DNA of 62,234 nt from an uncultured Rhodohalobacter sp. GTDB lineage: Bacteria > Bacteroidota > Rhodothermia > Balneolales > Balneolaceae. Positions 49,987 through 59,490 of the stretch are shown one piece after another (position 1 is the first letter of the stretch; each line of letters opens with the position of its first letter). The stretch is from assembly GCA_964404705.1 (NCBI GenBank), contig CAYOLE010000001.1:1-62234 (forward strand), in the 5' to 3' direction. The position numbers and the translations under genes were made by a program. Below the pieces are notes generated by a model, which worked only from the letters and a program-made list of their open reading frames with translations, was not told the DNA's origin and ran no database searches.

Positions 49987-50849
49987 ATAGAACCGCTATC
50001 AAGGGTTTCTTTAAAAATGGAATAACAGTTCCAAAACAATATTTTGCTCCTCTTCTGATAACAGGCATCCTGTTGGCCGCTCATATTTCCTTTGGAATTT
50101 TAGACAGCTACCAAAAACTTCTCACAGCTATTATTGTGGCTATAGCAACGGAAATGGTTTTACATAAGGCCGTTACAGGAAAATTCCGAAATGCGAGCAG
50201 TGCTTATGTATCAGGTATAAGTGCAGGAATATTGGTTCGATCTCCTCTGTTATGGCCGTTTGCGCTTTGTGCCGCAATTTCCATCGCTTCAAAATACGTA
50301 CTCAGATACAAAGGCAGACATATTTGGAATCCCACAAATTTTGGTGTTGTGGCTATTATACTTATTGCTTCCGACAGTGCGGCCATTTTAAGCATTCAGT
50401 GGGGTAACAATATGTGGGCGATGTTTGTGATCTGGATTATAGGTTTATTCGCATTATGGAAAATAAAAAGGCTCAATATTACATTAACCTATATTTCTTT
50501 TTTTGTCGTATTTGCATGGGTACGAAGTACTTACACAGGTGATCCATTTCTGTCTGAAGTTGCCCCTTTAACTGGGCCAATGTATCAATTGTTTGTATTG
50601 TTTATGATGACAGATCCCAAAACAACGGTAAAAAGCCGGAAGGGACAGAATGCCGTTGCGTTTACGATAGCCTTGGTAGAAATGTTTTTCAGATTAGGAG
50701 AAGCAGTATACGCTCCTTTCTATGCATTGTTCATTGTGGGACCAATTGCGCTTATTATTGAAGATCAAATACAACAAAGAAGAGAAAGACAGGATCAGAT
50801 ATCAAAAGATAAGATAGATAGAAAACCTGCAAATGCTATATTGGAATAA
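49983..50849 (+). CDS. RnfD/NqrB-like (UnbU-like) membrane protein
   Basis: ISIASKY, HIWNPTNFG and FMMTDPKTT motifs; about 9 TM helices; overlaps the upstream stop. Confidence 0.8.
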   Translation: MNRTAIKGFFKNGITVPKQYFAPLLITGILLAAHISFGILDSYQKLLTAIIVAIATEMVLHKAVTGKFRNASSAYVSGISAGILVRSPLLWPFALCAAISIASKYVLRYKGRHIWNPTNFGVVAIILIASDSAAILSIQWGNNMWAMFVIWIIGLFALWKIKRLNITLTYISFFVVFAWVRSTYTGDPFLSEVAPLTGPMYQLFVLFMMTDPKTTVKSRKGQNAVAFTIALVEMFFRLGEAVYAPFYALFIVGPIALIIEDQIQQRRERQDQISKDKIDRKPANAILE

Positions 50850-50918
50850 GAGTAGGACTGATATAAAAATAAGTATGATTTTGTAAGAAGTTTAGCTGTT
50901 GTTTTTAAAGATACAAAT

Positions 50919-50949
50919 AAAAAAAGCCATACCGGGGAGGCATGGCTTT
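50919..50949. terminator. Intrinsic terminator, best oriented for the minus-strand cold-shock gene
   Basis: A7-GCCATACC-GGGGA-GGCATGGCTTT hairpin between convergent genes. Confidence 0.7.
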
Positions 50950-50972
50950 AGATAAAGTTATAAAATAAGTTG

Positions 50973-51182
50973 TTATTCCATCCGTCGAACTTCGATTGCG
51001 CTCAGTCCTTTAGGTGTATCTTCAACGTCAAATTCTACCTCTTCTCCATCATTAAGGCCTTCCTGGAATCCCAGGTTCTCGATATTGTTTCGATGAACAA
51101 AAATATCTTTGCCACCATCCTCGGGCTCGATGAATCCAAATCCTTTTTCAGCATCAAACCATTTTACTTTTCCGTATTGCAT
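50973..51182 (-). CDS. Cold-shock protein (CspA family)
   Basis: [15 protein letters not shown] (RNP1) and DIFVH (RNP2); start at ATG 51182. Confidence 0.96.
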   Translation of the reverse strand: MQYGKVKWFDAEKGFGFIEPEDGGKDIFVHRNNIENLGFQEGLNDGEEVEFDVEDTPKGLSAIEVRRME

Positions 51183-51774
51183 AACATTTACTAATTGTTG
51201 AAACCTGCCAAACCATGACAGGCGTATTGTGATTGAAGTCAATAATACAATTATTTAGTTGAAAAGCCTATTTATGATCAAAAAACTGGATATTTTTTTT
51301 CAAATATAAAAAGTAAAGAATCGGTCTGAGATTCCACCACCTGTGAGCAATCACTAAAAACTATAAATAGAGGTTAATCCTCTTAATCATTTCTTCTTTA
51401 TCCGCGCAAATCAGAGCGAATCATTTTCTTCAAATTTAGTTTGACAACCAGATAAACAGTAACATGATTTACTTGAGTTTGTAGGAAAACACAACATAGC
51501 CAAAGGAGAGTAACCTGAAAGAGTTTTCCTCTTCTTTTTTATCTTTTACCGGACACTACTGATTAATTACTATTAATTAATTACTATTAAAGTTCATTAA
51601 GGGTTTTTTCGAATTTACTGATGGGCTTCTGATCCGGTAAAATTATCATTTGATTTCTAAAATAGATCCAGAATGATTACAAAAGAGAGAAGTCGGAAAA
51701 GGTAAAAAAGGAGATAAGTTTGTAGAGTCATTCCGAGAATCAAAATACTTTATAATTAATATAAACAAATTGTT

Positions 51775-52311
51775 ATGGATTTAACTTGGATAAGCACAAC
51801 ATGGACAGCTATCGCGATGGTTATCATATCATCAATCGGTATTTACATTTCTGTTATTGTATTTACGAGAATTTCCGGACTTCGGTCATTCTCGAAAATG
51901 TCCAGTTTTGATTTTGCAATGACCGTTGCTGTTGGCTCTTTAATTGCAACGACAATTTTAATGGCAAACCCGCCGCTTCTTCAATCCATAGTTGCATTAG
52001 CAACTCTATATATTTTACAGATAGTAGTAGCAAAACTTCGTGGCAGATCGTCATTTATAGACAATCTTGTAGATAATCAGCCTGTTTTGCTAATGAGAGG
52101 AACAGAAATTTTGGATGATAATATGATAATTACAAAAGTAACATATGATGATTTGCGTGCAAAATTGAGAGAAGCAAATGTCACCCAGTTATCACAGGTA
52201 AAAGCAGTAGTTATGGAAACTACAGGTGATGTATCTGTACTCCATAACGCCGATCCCGAACACGAACTGGATGATGAATTGCTATCAAATGTAAAGGGTT
52301 GGGAATCTTAA
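51775..52311 (+). CDS. DUF421 (YetF-like) membrane protein
   Basis: RISGLRSFSKMSSFDFAMTVAVGS and METTGDVSV motifs. Confidence 0.92.
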   Translation: MDLTWISTTWTAIAMVIISSIGIYISVIVFTRISGLRSFSKMSSFDFAMTVAVGSLIATTILMANPPLLQSIVALATLYILQIVVAKLRGRSSFIDNLVDNQPVLLMRGTEILDDNMIITKVTYDDLRAKLREANVTQLSQVKAVVMETTGDVSVLHNADPEHELDDELLSNVKGWES

Positions 52312-52368
52312 ACACACTGTGTCTGCACAGCAAATGATCAAAATCAATCCTACCGTCTGGTTTGGTTA

Positions 52369-53646
52369 TTATGTTACTACTTTTGTTTTCTCTTTATTAA
52401 GTCTCACGTTTTCTATTATTAAACGGCTTTTTGGAATAGCTGGAAACCTGGATAAGTCTATACTTAAATCCTGCGGCGGCACATCATATTCCATTGAATT
52501 TGTAAGAAAACGTACAGCGTCTTTTAGCACAGCAAGTGTTAGCCATTCTCCCGCACAGCGATGATTTAAATAGAAATCCCCACCTCCTTGTGGTATAAGA
52601 TTAAATTTACCTGGAATCTGTTCCTGGAATCGATCGGGGTTAAATGTCTCTGGGTCATCCCACATACCCGGATGATGGTTGGTGCCATAAATATCCAGCA
52701 GAACTTGCGTCCCTTTCGGGAAATGATAATCTCTCCATTTAAATCCCTTTTTAACCCGTGCCATTGCAAAAGGGAAAAAGGGAAAAAACCGCCGTACTTC
52801 CTGAACAAAGTTTGTGAGATAATCCTCATCTCCGCTAACTATTTTTTCCCGGTTATCCGGATATTTATGCAAGGCAAGAGCCGCAAAAGTAACATAACGG
52901 GCTATAGCTACAGTGGGCCTTATAATATTGATCAGTTCTACGGCTACAATTCTGCGATCAAGTAAATTGCCCTCTATATCCCGATGCCAGGAGAAACGCT
53001 GCAAAGCATTCTGTGATTCTGATTCGCCTTTATCACTTGCTGAGCGAGTTTTATGAACGATACTTTCTATCCATTTTTCGGTTTTTCTCCGGCCAACTCT
53101 TCCCCTCCAGTGCCGTGCCCCTAAACTGCCGGCTCCTTCAATCATAGCTCCTACATCTTTGGTACGTGAATTTACTTCATTTTTATTCAGAGGAATCCCA
53201 GCCCATTCACATACGGATTCAAAAATCAACTTTTCGGCTTCATTGAAGAGAACTGCCTGATCTTGATCTTCCCATTTTTTAGCATATTCGATCCACTTTC
53301 CTTTCGTGATTTCAACTATACGAGCCAGATCTTCCCGGCCCATCAATGACATAAACATCTGCTTTCTGTGCCTGTGAGCTTCTCCATCTAATCCTTGCAC
53401 ACCTCCGTGTCCAAAAAGAGTGGATTTAACGAAATTGGGTGCCACCTTTTTTCTTTCGAAATATTCTGTGTTATAAAAAAGCTCTGCTGCTTCATTTCCC
53501 CTCATACAGATTGTTTTTTTAAACATCAGCCGGGTCGAAAAAATATCTGATTTAAGCTCCCGGCATTTTTCAGTGACAAACAGATATCCTTTGTTTGCAG
53601 CATCTAAAGTGGAATCAGGCATTTTGGTTTGCGGAAAATTTCTCAT
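52369..53646 (-). CDS. Cytochrome P450, CYP152 fatty-acid peroxygenase
   Basis: NIIRPTVA (Arg-Pro substrate motif), QEVRRFFPFFP (ExxR) and HRCAGE heme cysteine. Confidence 0.93.
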   Translation of the reverse strand: MRNFPQTKMPDSTLDAANKGYLFVTEKCRELKSDIFSTRLMFKKTICMRGNEAAELFYNTEYFERKKVAPNFVKSTLFGHGGVQGLDGEAHRHRKQMFMSLMGREDLARIVEITKGKWIEYAKKWEDQDQAVLFNEAEKLIFESVCEWAGIPLNKNEVNSRTKDVGAMIEGAGSLGARHWRGRVGRRKTEKWIESIVHKTRSASDKGESESQNALQRFSWHRDIEGNLLDRRIVAVELINIIRPTVAIARYVTFAALALHKYPDNREKIVSGDEDYLTNFVQEVRRFFPFFPFAMARVKKGFKWRDYHFPKGTQVLLDIYGTNHHPGMWDDPETFNPDRFQEQIPGKFNLIPQGGGDFYLNHRCAGEWLTLAVLKDAVRFLTNSMEYDVPPQDLSIDLSRFPAIPKSRLIIENVRLNKEKTKVVT

Positions 53647-53993
53647 GATAGTTAATTTAAAATTTAGAAATAGTTATCAACCTGCTGAATTTATCAGCAA
53701 AGGATGGGCAGGTTGTTCTCTGTGCATTTGCCTGAAATGAGTTATTTATGGGTACAATGTGTGATCAGATAAGCGCTTTAATGCTCCTTAAATTCATACA
53801 GGGATGCCTCATTTAAAACACATGGGTTGAATCCGCTGAAGCAGAAATATAAAAATGGCCAGCCTCTCTTTTGAATTTATATTAAACTAAATATGGACAT
53901 ATTTTCTCATAAATAATAAAAGAAAATCTTCATCAATTGGTATAGTTAAAAAGAATGTTTGTCTGGAGAGTTTTGAAAAAATTCAAAATAGCA

Positions 53994-54018
53994 GGAACCT
54001 CCACCGCATTAAATTGTT
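53994..54018 (+). promoter_or_regulatory. Possible ECF-sigma promoter (GGAAC-N17-GTT)
   Basis: GGAAC at 53994-53998 and GTT at 54016-54018, about 55 bp upstream of ATG 54072; short motif that may occur by chance. Confidence 0.3.
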
Positions 54019-54071
54019 TATAACAGTACACTTATGCATGTGTTAACCAAGAAAATCAGGAAGAGAAATTT

Positions 54072-54344
54072 ATGGCTCAACAAACTAAAAAAACAACAAA
54101 TCACGAGACTATAAAGAAATGGGCTGAAGCAAGAGATGGGAAACCTTCAGTAGTAACGAACAATGGTAACAAAACCGAACTAATACGACTTGATTTCCCT
54201 GGGTTTTCTGATGAAAACCTGCAGGAAATTAGCTGGGATGATTGGTTTGACATATTTGAAAAAAATAATCTTGAGTTGATTTACCAGGAAGAAACCAGCG
54301 ATGGGAAGACCAGTAATTTTAATAAACTGGTAAACAGAGAATAG
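54072..54344 (+). CDS. Small conserved hypothetical protein
   Basis: 90 aa; TTNHETIKKWAE..GKP, RLDFPG, ISWDDWF and YQE motifs recognised as a widespread uncharacterised family. Confidence 0.75.
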   Translation: MAQQTKKTTNHETIKKWAEARDGKPSVVTNNGNKTELIRLDFPGFSDENLQEISWDDWFDIFEKNNLELIYQEETSDGKTSNFNKLVNRE

Positions 54345-54543
54345 AGAAAGGTTGCTGTTGTTTAATCATCATTTGGAGAGCAGGTAGCAAATCGTGCTAC
54401 AAAAGTTTAGCATAATAAGCTACAGTAATAATGCAGATGAAGCATCAAATTAGCTTGTATGTACTAAGCATCAACTGATATTTATTTTTTTTACCTCATA
54501 TTTAATTAAGAGAGAAACCACTCATTTTTTAACAATTCAATGT

Positions 54544-55245
54544 ATGCAAACTGATTTTTCATCCCGAAAAACGGTAATAACAGGAGGCAGCTCAGGAATT
54601 GGAAAGAGTATTGTACAGAAATTATATGAGGCCGGTTCTGAGATTGCCAATGCAGATATCAAAGCTCCGGAAAAATCAGTTGGCAATTTTTTTCCTGTGA
54701 ATCTTACCCGCCCAAAGGAAATAGAAAATTTTGTAAAGGAAGTAATGGATACAATGGGTGCACCGGAAATTTTGGTCTGTAATGCCGGGCGCGGAGTACA
54801 TGAAAAACTTACTGAAGGCGATCCACAAACATGGGAGGATATTTTTCGCCTGAATGTATTCAGTGCGTTTCGTTTGATCAGGGCTTTTGTCCCGCAAATG
54901 ATGAAGCTCCCAGCTGCCGATGTTGTATTCATTTCATCGATCTCAGCTGATCATGCTCATCCTTATGGTGGAATTTATACGGCAACGAAAGCCGCCATCG
55001 AACAAATCGCGGAAACATTAAGACTTGAAGTACAACCTGATATCAGAATTACAGTTATCCGGCCTGGTGTGGTCAATACCGCCTTTTTTAAGAACATGAT
55101 AAATGGGAATCAAACTCCAGAAGAGATTGGCTGGGGATCTATTGATCCTGATCAGGTAGCCGACTCTGTGTTATTTGCTGTTTCGCAGCCGAAAGAAATC
55201 ATGCTGAATAAGATAGATATGAGACCTGCAGCACAGACAATGTAA
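54544..55245 (+). CDS. Classical short-chain dehydrogenase/reductase
   Basis: TGGSSGIG, CNAG and YTATK motifs. Confidence 0.92.
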   Translation: MQTDFSSRKTVITGGSSGIGKSIVQKLYEAGSEIANADIKAPEKSVGNFFPVNLTRPKEIENFVKEVMDTMGAPEILVCNAGRGVHEKLTEGDPQTWEDIFRLNVFSAFRLIRAFVPQMMKLPAADVVFISSISADHAHPYGGIYTATKAAIEQIAETLRLEVQPDIRITVIRPGVVNTAFFKNMINGNQTPEEIGWGSIDPDQVADSVLFAVSQPKEIMLNKIDMRPAAQTM

Positions 55246-55270
55246 ATTTTAAACATTTAGATTAAGAGAG

Positions 55271-56428
55271 ATGTCAAAAAAAATTTTGATAACAGGTGGA
55301 GCCGGTTTTATTGGTTCGCATTTGGCCGATGAATTGATTGATCATGATTACGAAGTTAGAATTCTGGATAGCCTGGTAGAACAAGTACACGGTACCGGGC
55401 AGAAAAGGCCGGAATATCTAAATAGTAAGGCAGAATTAGTGGTAGGGGATGTCCGGGACAAATCTCTATTGCTCCAGGTATTGAATGGTATTGATGCAGT
55501 ATATCATTTTGCCGCACGTGTTGGGGTGGGGCAAAGCATGTACGAAATCAGGGAGTACATGGAAGTAAATAATATCGGCACTTCTATACTGCTGGAAGCA
55601 TTAATTGAAAAGCCTGTTGAACGGCTTATTGTTGCTTCAAGCATGAGTATTTATGGTGAAGGATTATACCAGGATTCCAGCGGAGAAATTTATCAAAATG
55701 TGAATCGAAATCATGAGCAGTTTACACAGGGGGAGTGGGAACCCCTGGACGAAATAGGCAAGCCACTGAAACCTGTTGCAACTCCGGAATCTAAAACTCC
55801 GTCTCTGGCGTCCGTATACGCACTCTCTAAATACGACCAGGAACGATTGTCGCTGATTACAGGTCAGGCGTACAATTTTTCAGTTTCAGCACTTCGATTC
55901 TTTAATGTTTATGGCTCACGGCAGGCGTTATCCAATCCCTATACCGGAGTTTTAGCCATTTTTTCCTCGCGTTATATGAATGATAAACCCCCGCTGATTT
56001 TTGAAGATGGAAAGCAACAACGGGATTTTGTGCATGTAAAAGATGTAGCCAGAGCCTGTAGATTAACTTTAGAAGCACCGGATGCGGCAAATGAGGTATT
56101 TAATATAGGAAGTGGGAATGCCTGGTCTATCAAAGAATTGGCCGAAAAAGTAGGAGAGGCATTAAATAAACAATATTTAAAAGCTAAAATTACGGGGAAA
56201 TTCCGTACTGGAGATATCCGGCATTGTTTTGCAGATATTTCTAAAGCAGAAGCTTTGCTGGGCTATAAACCACAAATATCCCTTCAAGAAGGGATGAATG
56301 AGCTGATAAATTGGCTGTCTTATCAAACAGCAGAGGATCATGTGGATCGGGCTGAAGAAGAGTTATCACAAAATGGACTTACATTTGAAGGCGTACGTAG
56401 GAAGGATGGAACATTTATTGAGCAATAG
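55271..56428 (+). CDS. NAD-dependent nucleotide-sugar epimerase/dehydratase
   Basis: TGGAGFIG, ASSMSIYG, YALSK, LRFFNVYG and RDFVHV motifs. Confidence 0.93.
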   Translation: MSKKILITGGAGFIGSHLADELIDHDYEVRILDSLVEQVHGTGQKRPEYLNSKAELVVGDVRDKSLLLQVLNGIDAVYHFAARVGVGQSMYEIREYMEVNNIGTSILLEALIEKPVERLIVASSMSIYGEGLYQDSSGEIYQNVNRNHEQFTQGEWEPLDEIGKPLKPVATPESKTPSLASVYALSKYDQERLSLITGQAYNFSVSALRFFNVYGSRQALSNPYTGVLAIFSSRYMNDKPPLIFEDGKQQRDFVHVKDVARACRLTLEAPDAANEVFNIGSGNAWSIKELAEKVGEALNKQYLKAKITGKFRTGDIRHCFADISKAEALLGYKPQISLQEGMNELINWLSYQTAEDHVDRAEEELSQNGLTFEGVRRKDGTFIEQ

Positions 56429-56479
56429 TAACATTGCTTCAATTCACATATTAAATCAGACATTTAATAAAGGGAGAGT

Positions 56480-58480
56480 ATGGTATCAGGAAAACTTAAA
56501 CAATCTAAAACAGGAATCCTTGAATGGTTTCATATGGGCGATAAAGCCCATGTAGAATTAGCCATTAGCCAGGTTAAGGAGTTGGGAATCAGAGAACTTC
56601 GAACCGGGATCTCCTGGGCGGATTATCATACCGAAGAAGGAGCTAAATGGCTGGAATGGTTAATACCAGAACTTTCAAAACATGTCCAAATTCTTCCCTG
56701 CCTGCTCTATACTCCTCCTTCTATTGGTCTTGAACCTAAAACATCAGCTCCGCCAAAATACCCGGAGTATTTTGCTGATTTTACCGATAAAATCCTGAAG
56801 AAATATGGATCCTATTTTGAATGGATTGAACTTTGGAATGAGCCAAATAATACCAGCGAATACGATTTCCGGCTGGATCCTGACTGGAATATTTTTAATG
56901 ATTTTATAGGTGGAGCTGCTGAGGTTGTTAAAAAACACGATAAGAAGGTTTTGTTGGGCGGAATGAGTCCAATTGATCCCGGATGGCTTCATCATATGTT
57001 TGATATCGGCCTGATGGATAATATTGATGCAGTAGGAATACACGGATTTCCCGGCACCTTTGATAACCACTGGAATGGGTGGGAGTATGTTATTAACCAG
57101 GTTCAGGATGTTCTGAATCATTATAAAGGCCACCAGGAGATTTGGATTACAGAAGCCGGTTATTCAACCTGGCGGCAGGATGAACAAAGGCAGGTAAAAG
57201 AATTTGTCAACCTGCTGGGAGCACCCGCTGAGCGGGTGTATTGGTACTGTTTGAATGATCTGCATCCCCAAAAATCAACCGTTGACGGATTTCATACCGA
57301 CGAACGTGAATATCATTTTGGACTGGTTGATAGCAATGGCAGACAAAAGCTCCTTTATCGTCTGTTGAAGAAATATGGTGAAGATCAGTTAGATCGCTTT
57401 CCCTGGATCATTAAATCCCATAATAAAATTCCCAGAGAGAAAAAAAGTATCCTAATCACAGGGGGAGCGGGTTTTATAGGAACCAACCTGGCAGATCATC
57501 TGCTTAGTGAAGGAAATTACGTTACCATTTTTGATAGCCTTCAGCGGCCTGGTGTAGAAAATAATTTAAATTGGTTGAAACGTAAACATAGTTCAAATCT
57601 CAGGATTGAAATTGCTGACATCCGTAATCAGTTTAAAGTCCGTGAAGCTGTAAACATGGCGGAATTTGTTTTTCATTTTGCCGCACAGGTTGCTGTTACT
57701 ACCAGTTTCGAACATCCTTTTTATGATTTTAATACGAATGCTTTGGGCACTATGAATGTGTTAGAAGCTATTCGTAAGACCGCACATCAGCCCCCCCTTC
57801 TATTCACATCCACTAATAAGGTATATGGTAATTTGGCAGATAAAGATCTGGTAGCTGATGACCAGAGATATATCATGGAGGGAAAGGATATAGATGAAAG
57901 CCAAAAGCTCGATTTTCATAGCCCTTATGGTTGCTCAAAAGGTTCTGCAGAATCATATATCCGGGACTATGCCAGAATCTACGGCTTAAAGACCGTGGTA
58001 TTCAGGATGAGCTGCATCTATGGTCCTCACCAGTTTGGCACTGAAGACCAGGGGTGGGTGGCTCACTTTCTAATCCAGGTGTTAAAAGGAAAACCTTTAA
58101 CTATATTCGGTGACGGAAAACAGGTACGGGATATTCTCTTTATAGATGATTTAATAAATGCCTTTGAATTAGTGAGGGAAAAAATTGATAATCTCCCAGG
58201 AGAGGAATTCAATATAGGCGGAGGATATGATAACAGTATCAGTCTGAGAGAATATATTAAGCTTATCGAAAATATTACCGGAGAAGAGGTTACAAAGCGT
58301 TATTCCGACTGGCGGGATGGCGACCAGAGATATTATGTCTCTGATACTTCCAAATTTAATTCTAAAACCGGCTGGTCTCCGAAAAATAATATTTCTGAAG
58401 GAGTGGATAAACTGTACCAGTGGCTTCTGTCCACAGATGAGATTGAAATTCGTAAAACGGTTAAATCCATGATCGCCTGA
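56480..58480 (+). CDS. Fusion of a clan GH-A glycoside hydrolase-like TIM barrel and a CDP-paratose 2-epimerase-like extended SDR
   Basis: N half has WNEP and WITEAG; C half has ITGGAGFIG, AAQVAVTTS, STNKVYG, YGCSK and FGTEDQGWV; one uninterrupted 666-aa ORF. Confidence 0.88.
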   Translation: MVSGKLKQSKTGILEWFHMGDKAHVELAISQVKELGIRELRTGISWADYHTEEGAKWLEWLIPELSKHVQILPCLLYTPPSIGLEPKTSAPPKYPEYFADFTDKILKKYGSYFEWIELWNEPNNTSEYDFRLDPDWNIFNDFIGGAAEVVKKHDKKVLLGGMSPIDPGWLHHMFDIGLMDNIDAVGIHGFPGTFDNHWNGWEYVINQVQDVLNHYKGHQEIWITEAGYSTWRQDEQRQVKEFVNLLGAPAERVYWYCLNDLHPQKSTVDGFHTDEREYHFGLVDSNGRQKLLYRLLKKYGEDQLDRFPWIIKSHNKIPREKKSILITGGAGFIGTNLADHLLSEGNYVTIFDSLQRPGVENNLNWLKRKHSSNLRIEIADIRNQFKVREAVNMAEFVFHFAAQVAVTTSFEHPFYDFNTNALGTMNVLEAIRKTAHQPPLLFTSTNKVYGNLADKDLVADDQRYIMEGKDIDESQKLDFHSPYGCSKGSAESYIRDYARIYGLKTVVFRMSCIYGPHQFGTEDQGWVAHFLIQVLKGKPLTIFGDGKQVRDILFIDDLINAFELVREKIDNLPGEEFNIGGGYDNSISLREYIKLIENITGEEVTKRYSDWRDGDQRYYVSDTSKFNSKTGWSPKNNISEGVDKLYQWLLSTDEIEIRKTVKSMIA

Positions 58481-58533
58481 AAAATATTTTTGAAGCTTTT
58501 TAGGCTATAGTTAAATGAACAAGAGGATAAGGT

Positions 58534-59490
58534 ATGCAAGCAGCCGTAATAACCGCACCAAGAGAAATAAATCTCCAGAGAAGCAACATACCGGTACCTG
58601 GTGACGATGAAGTTCTGATTCGCTTAGAGGGATGCGGATTATGTGCTTCAGATATGCCCGTATGGGAAGGGAGAGAGTGGTTTTCCTATCCGGGAGCTCC
58701 TGGAAGCCCCGGCCATGAAGGCTGGGGAATCGTTGATTCGATAGGCAGTAACGTAAAAACAGTGAAACCCGGATATCGTGTAGCTGCACTTTGCCAGAAA
58801 TCATATGCAGAATATGACCTGGCTAAAGAAAAACAGGTAGTTGAGCTCCCGGATAGCTTTAAGAAAAATCCATTTCCGGGTGAACCGCTGGCATGCGCTA
58901 TGAATATATTTCGCAGAAGTCAGATTAAGCATGGGATGACAGTGGCTATAGTGGGTACAGGATGGATAGGATTACTTTTGATTCAACTGGCAAAAAATGC
59001 AGAAGCTGAAGTTATAGCCATTTCAAGGCGAAAATCTTCACTTGAGAAGGCTAAAAAATACGGAGCAGATCATCTGTTTTCAGTGTCTGAAAATGAAAAT
59101 ATTGTGGAACAGGTCGAGGAGCTTACAAAAGGAAAATTATGTAACTGTGTAATTGAAGCGGCCGGTAAAGAAGAAACCCTGAATTTGGCCGGAGAATTAA
59201 CAGGCATCAGGGGACGCCTTGTTATCGCCGGATACCATCAGGATGGAAACAGGAATGTAAATATGCAGTTATGGAACTGGCGCGGAATTGATGTAATTAA
59301 TGCTCACGAACGTGATCCCGCAGAATATATAAGAGGGCTTAGAGAAGCAGTAAAAAATGTAAACAAAGGAATTTTTAATCCTTTCCCACTTTTTACTCAC
59401 ACGTTTCCCCTTGATTGTATACAGGAAGCATTTGAAACTTTTGATAATAAACCGGAAGACTTCACCAAAGCTCTTATTACCCTTGGATAA
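58534..59490 (+). CDS. Zn-dependent medium-chain (polyol-type) dehydrogenase
   Basis: GLCASD, GHEGWG, EPLAC and GTGWIG motifs; lacks the 4-Cys structural zinc lobe. Confidence 0.88.
   Translation: MQAAVITAPREINLQRSNIPVPGDDEVLIRLEGCGLCASDMPVWEGREWFSYPGAPGSPGHEGWGIVDSIGSNVKTVKPGYRVAALCQKSYAEYDLAKEKQVVELPDSFKKNPFPGEPLACAMNIFRRSQIKHGMTVAIVGTGWIGLLLIQLAKNAEAEVIAISRRKSSLEKAKKYGADHLFSVSENENIVEQVEELTKGKLCNCVIEAAGKEETLNLAGELTGIRGRLVIAGYHQDGNRNVNMQLWNWRGIDVINAHERDPAEYIRGLREAVKNVNKGIFNPFPLFTHTFPLDCIQEAFETFDNKPEDFTKALITLG

Noticed and set aside
44714-50849. Enediyne biosynthetic cluster or Rnf/Nqr respiratory complex
   Set aside because: No PKS, thioesterase, UnbL or other rnf/nqr subunit is present in the window.
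51562-51589. Perfect 14-bp tandem duplication (ATTAATTACTATTA twice)
   Set aside because: Low-complexity AT-rich sequence, probably replication slippage; no function can be supported.
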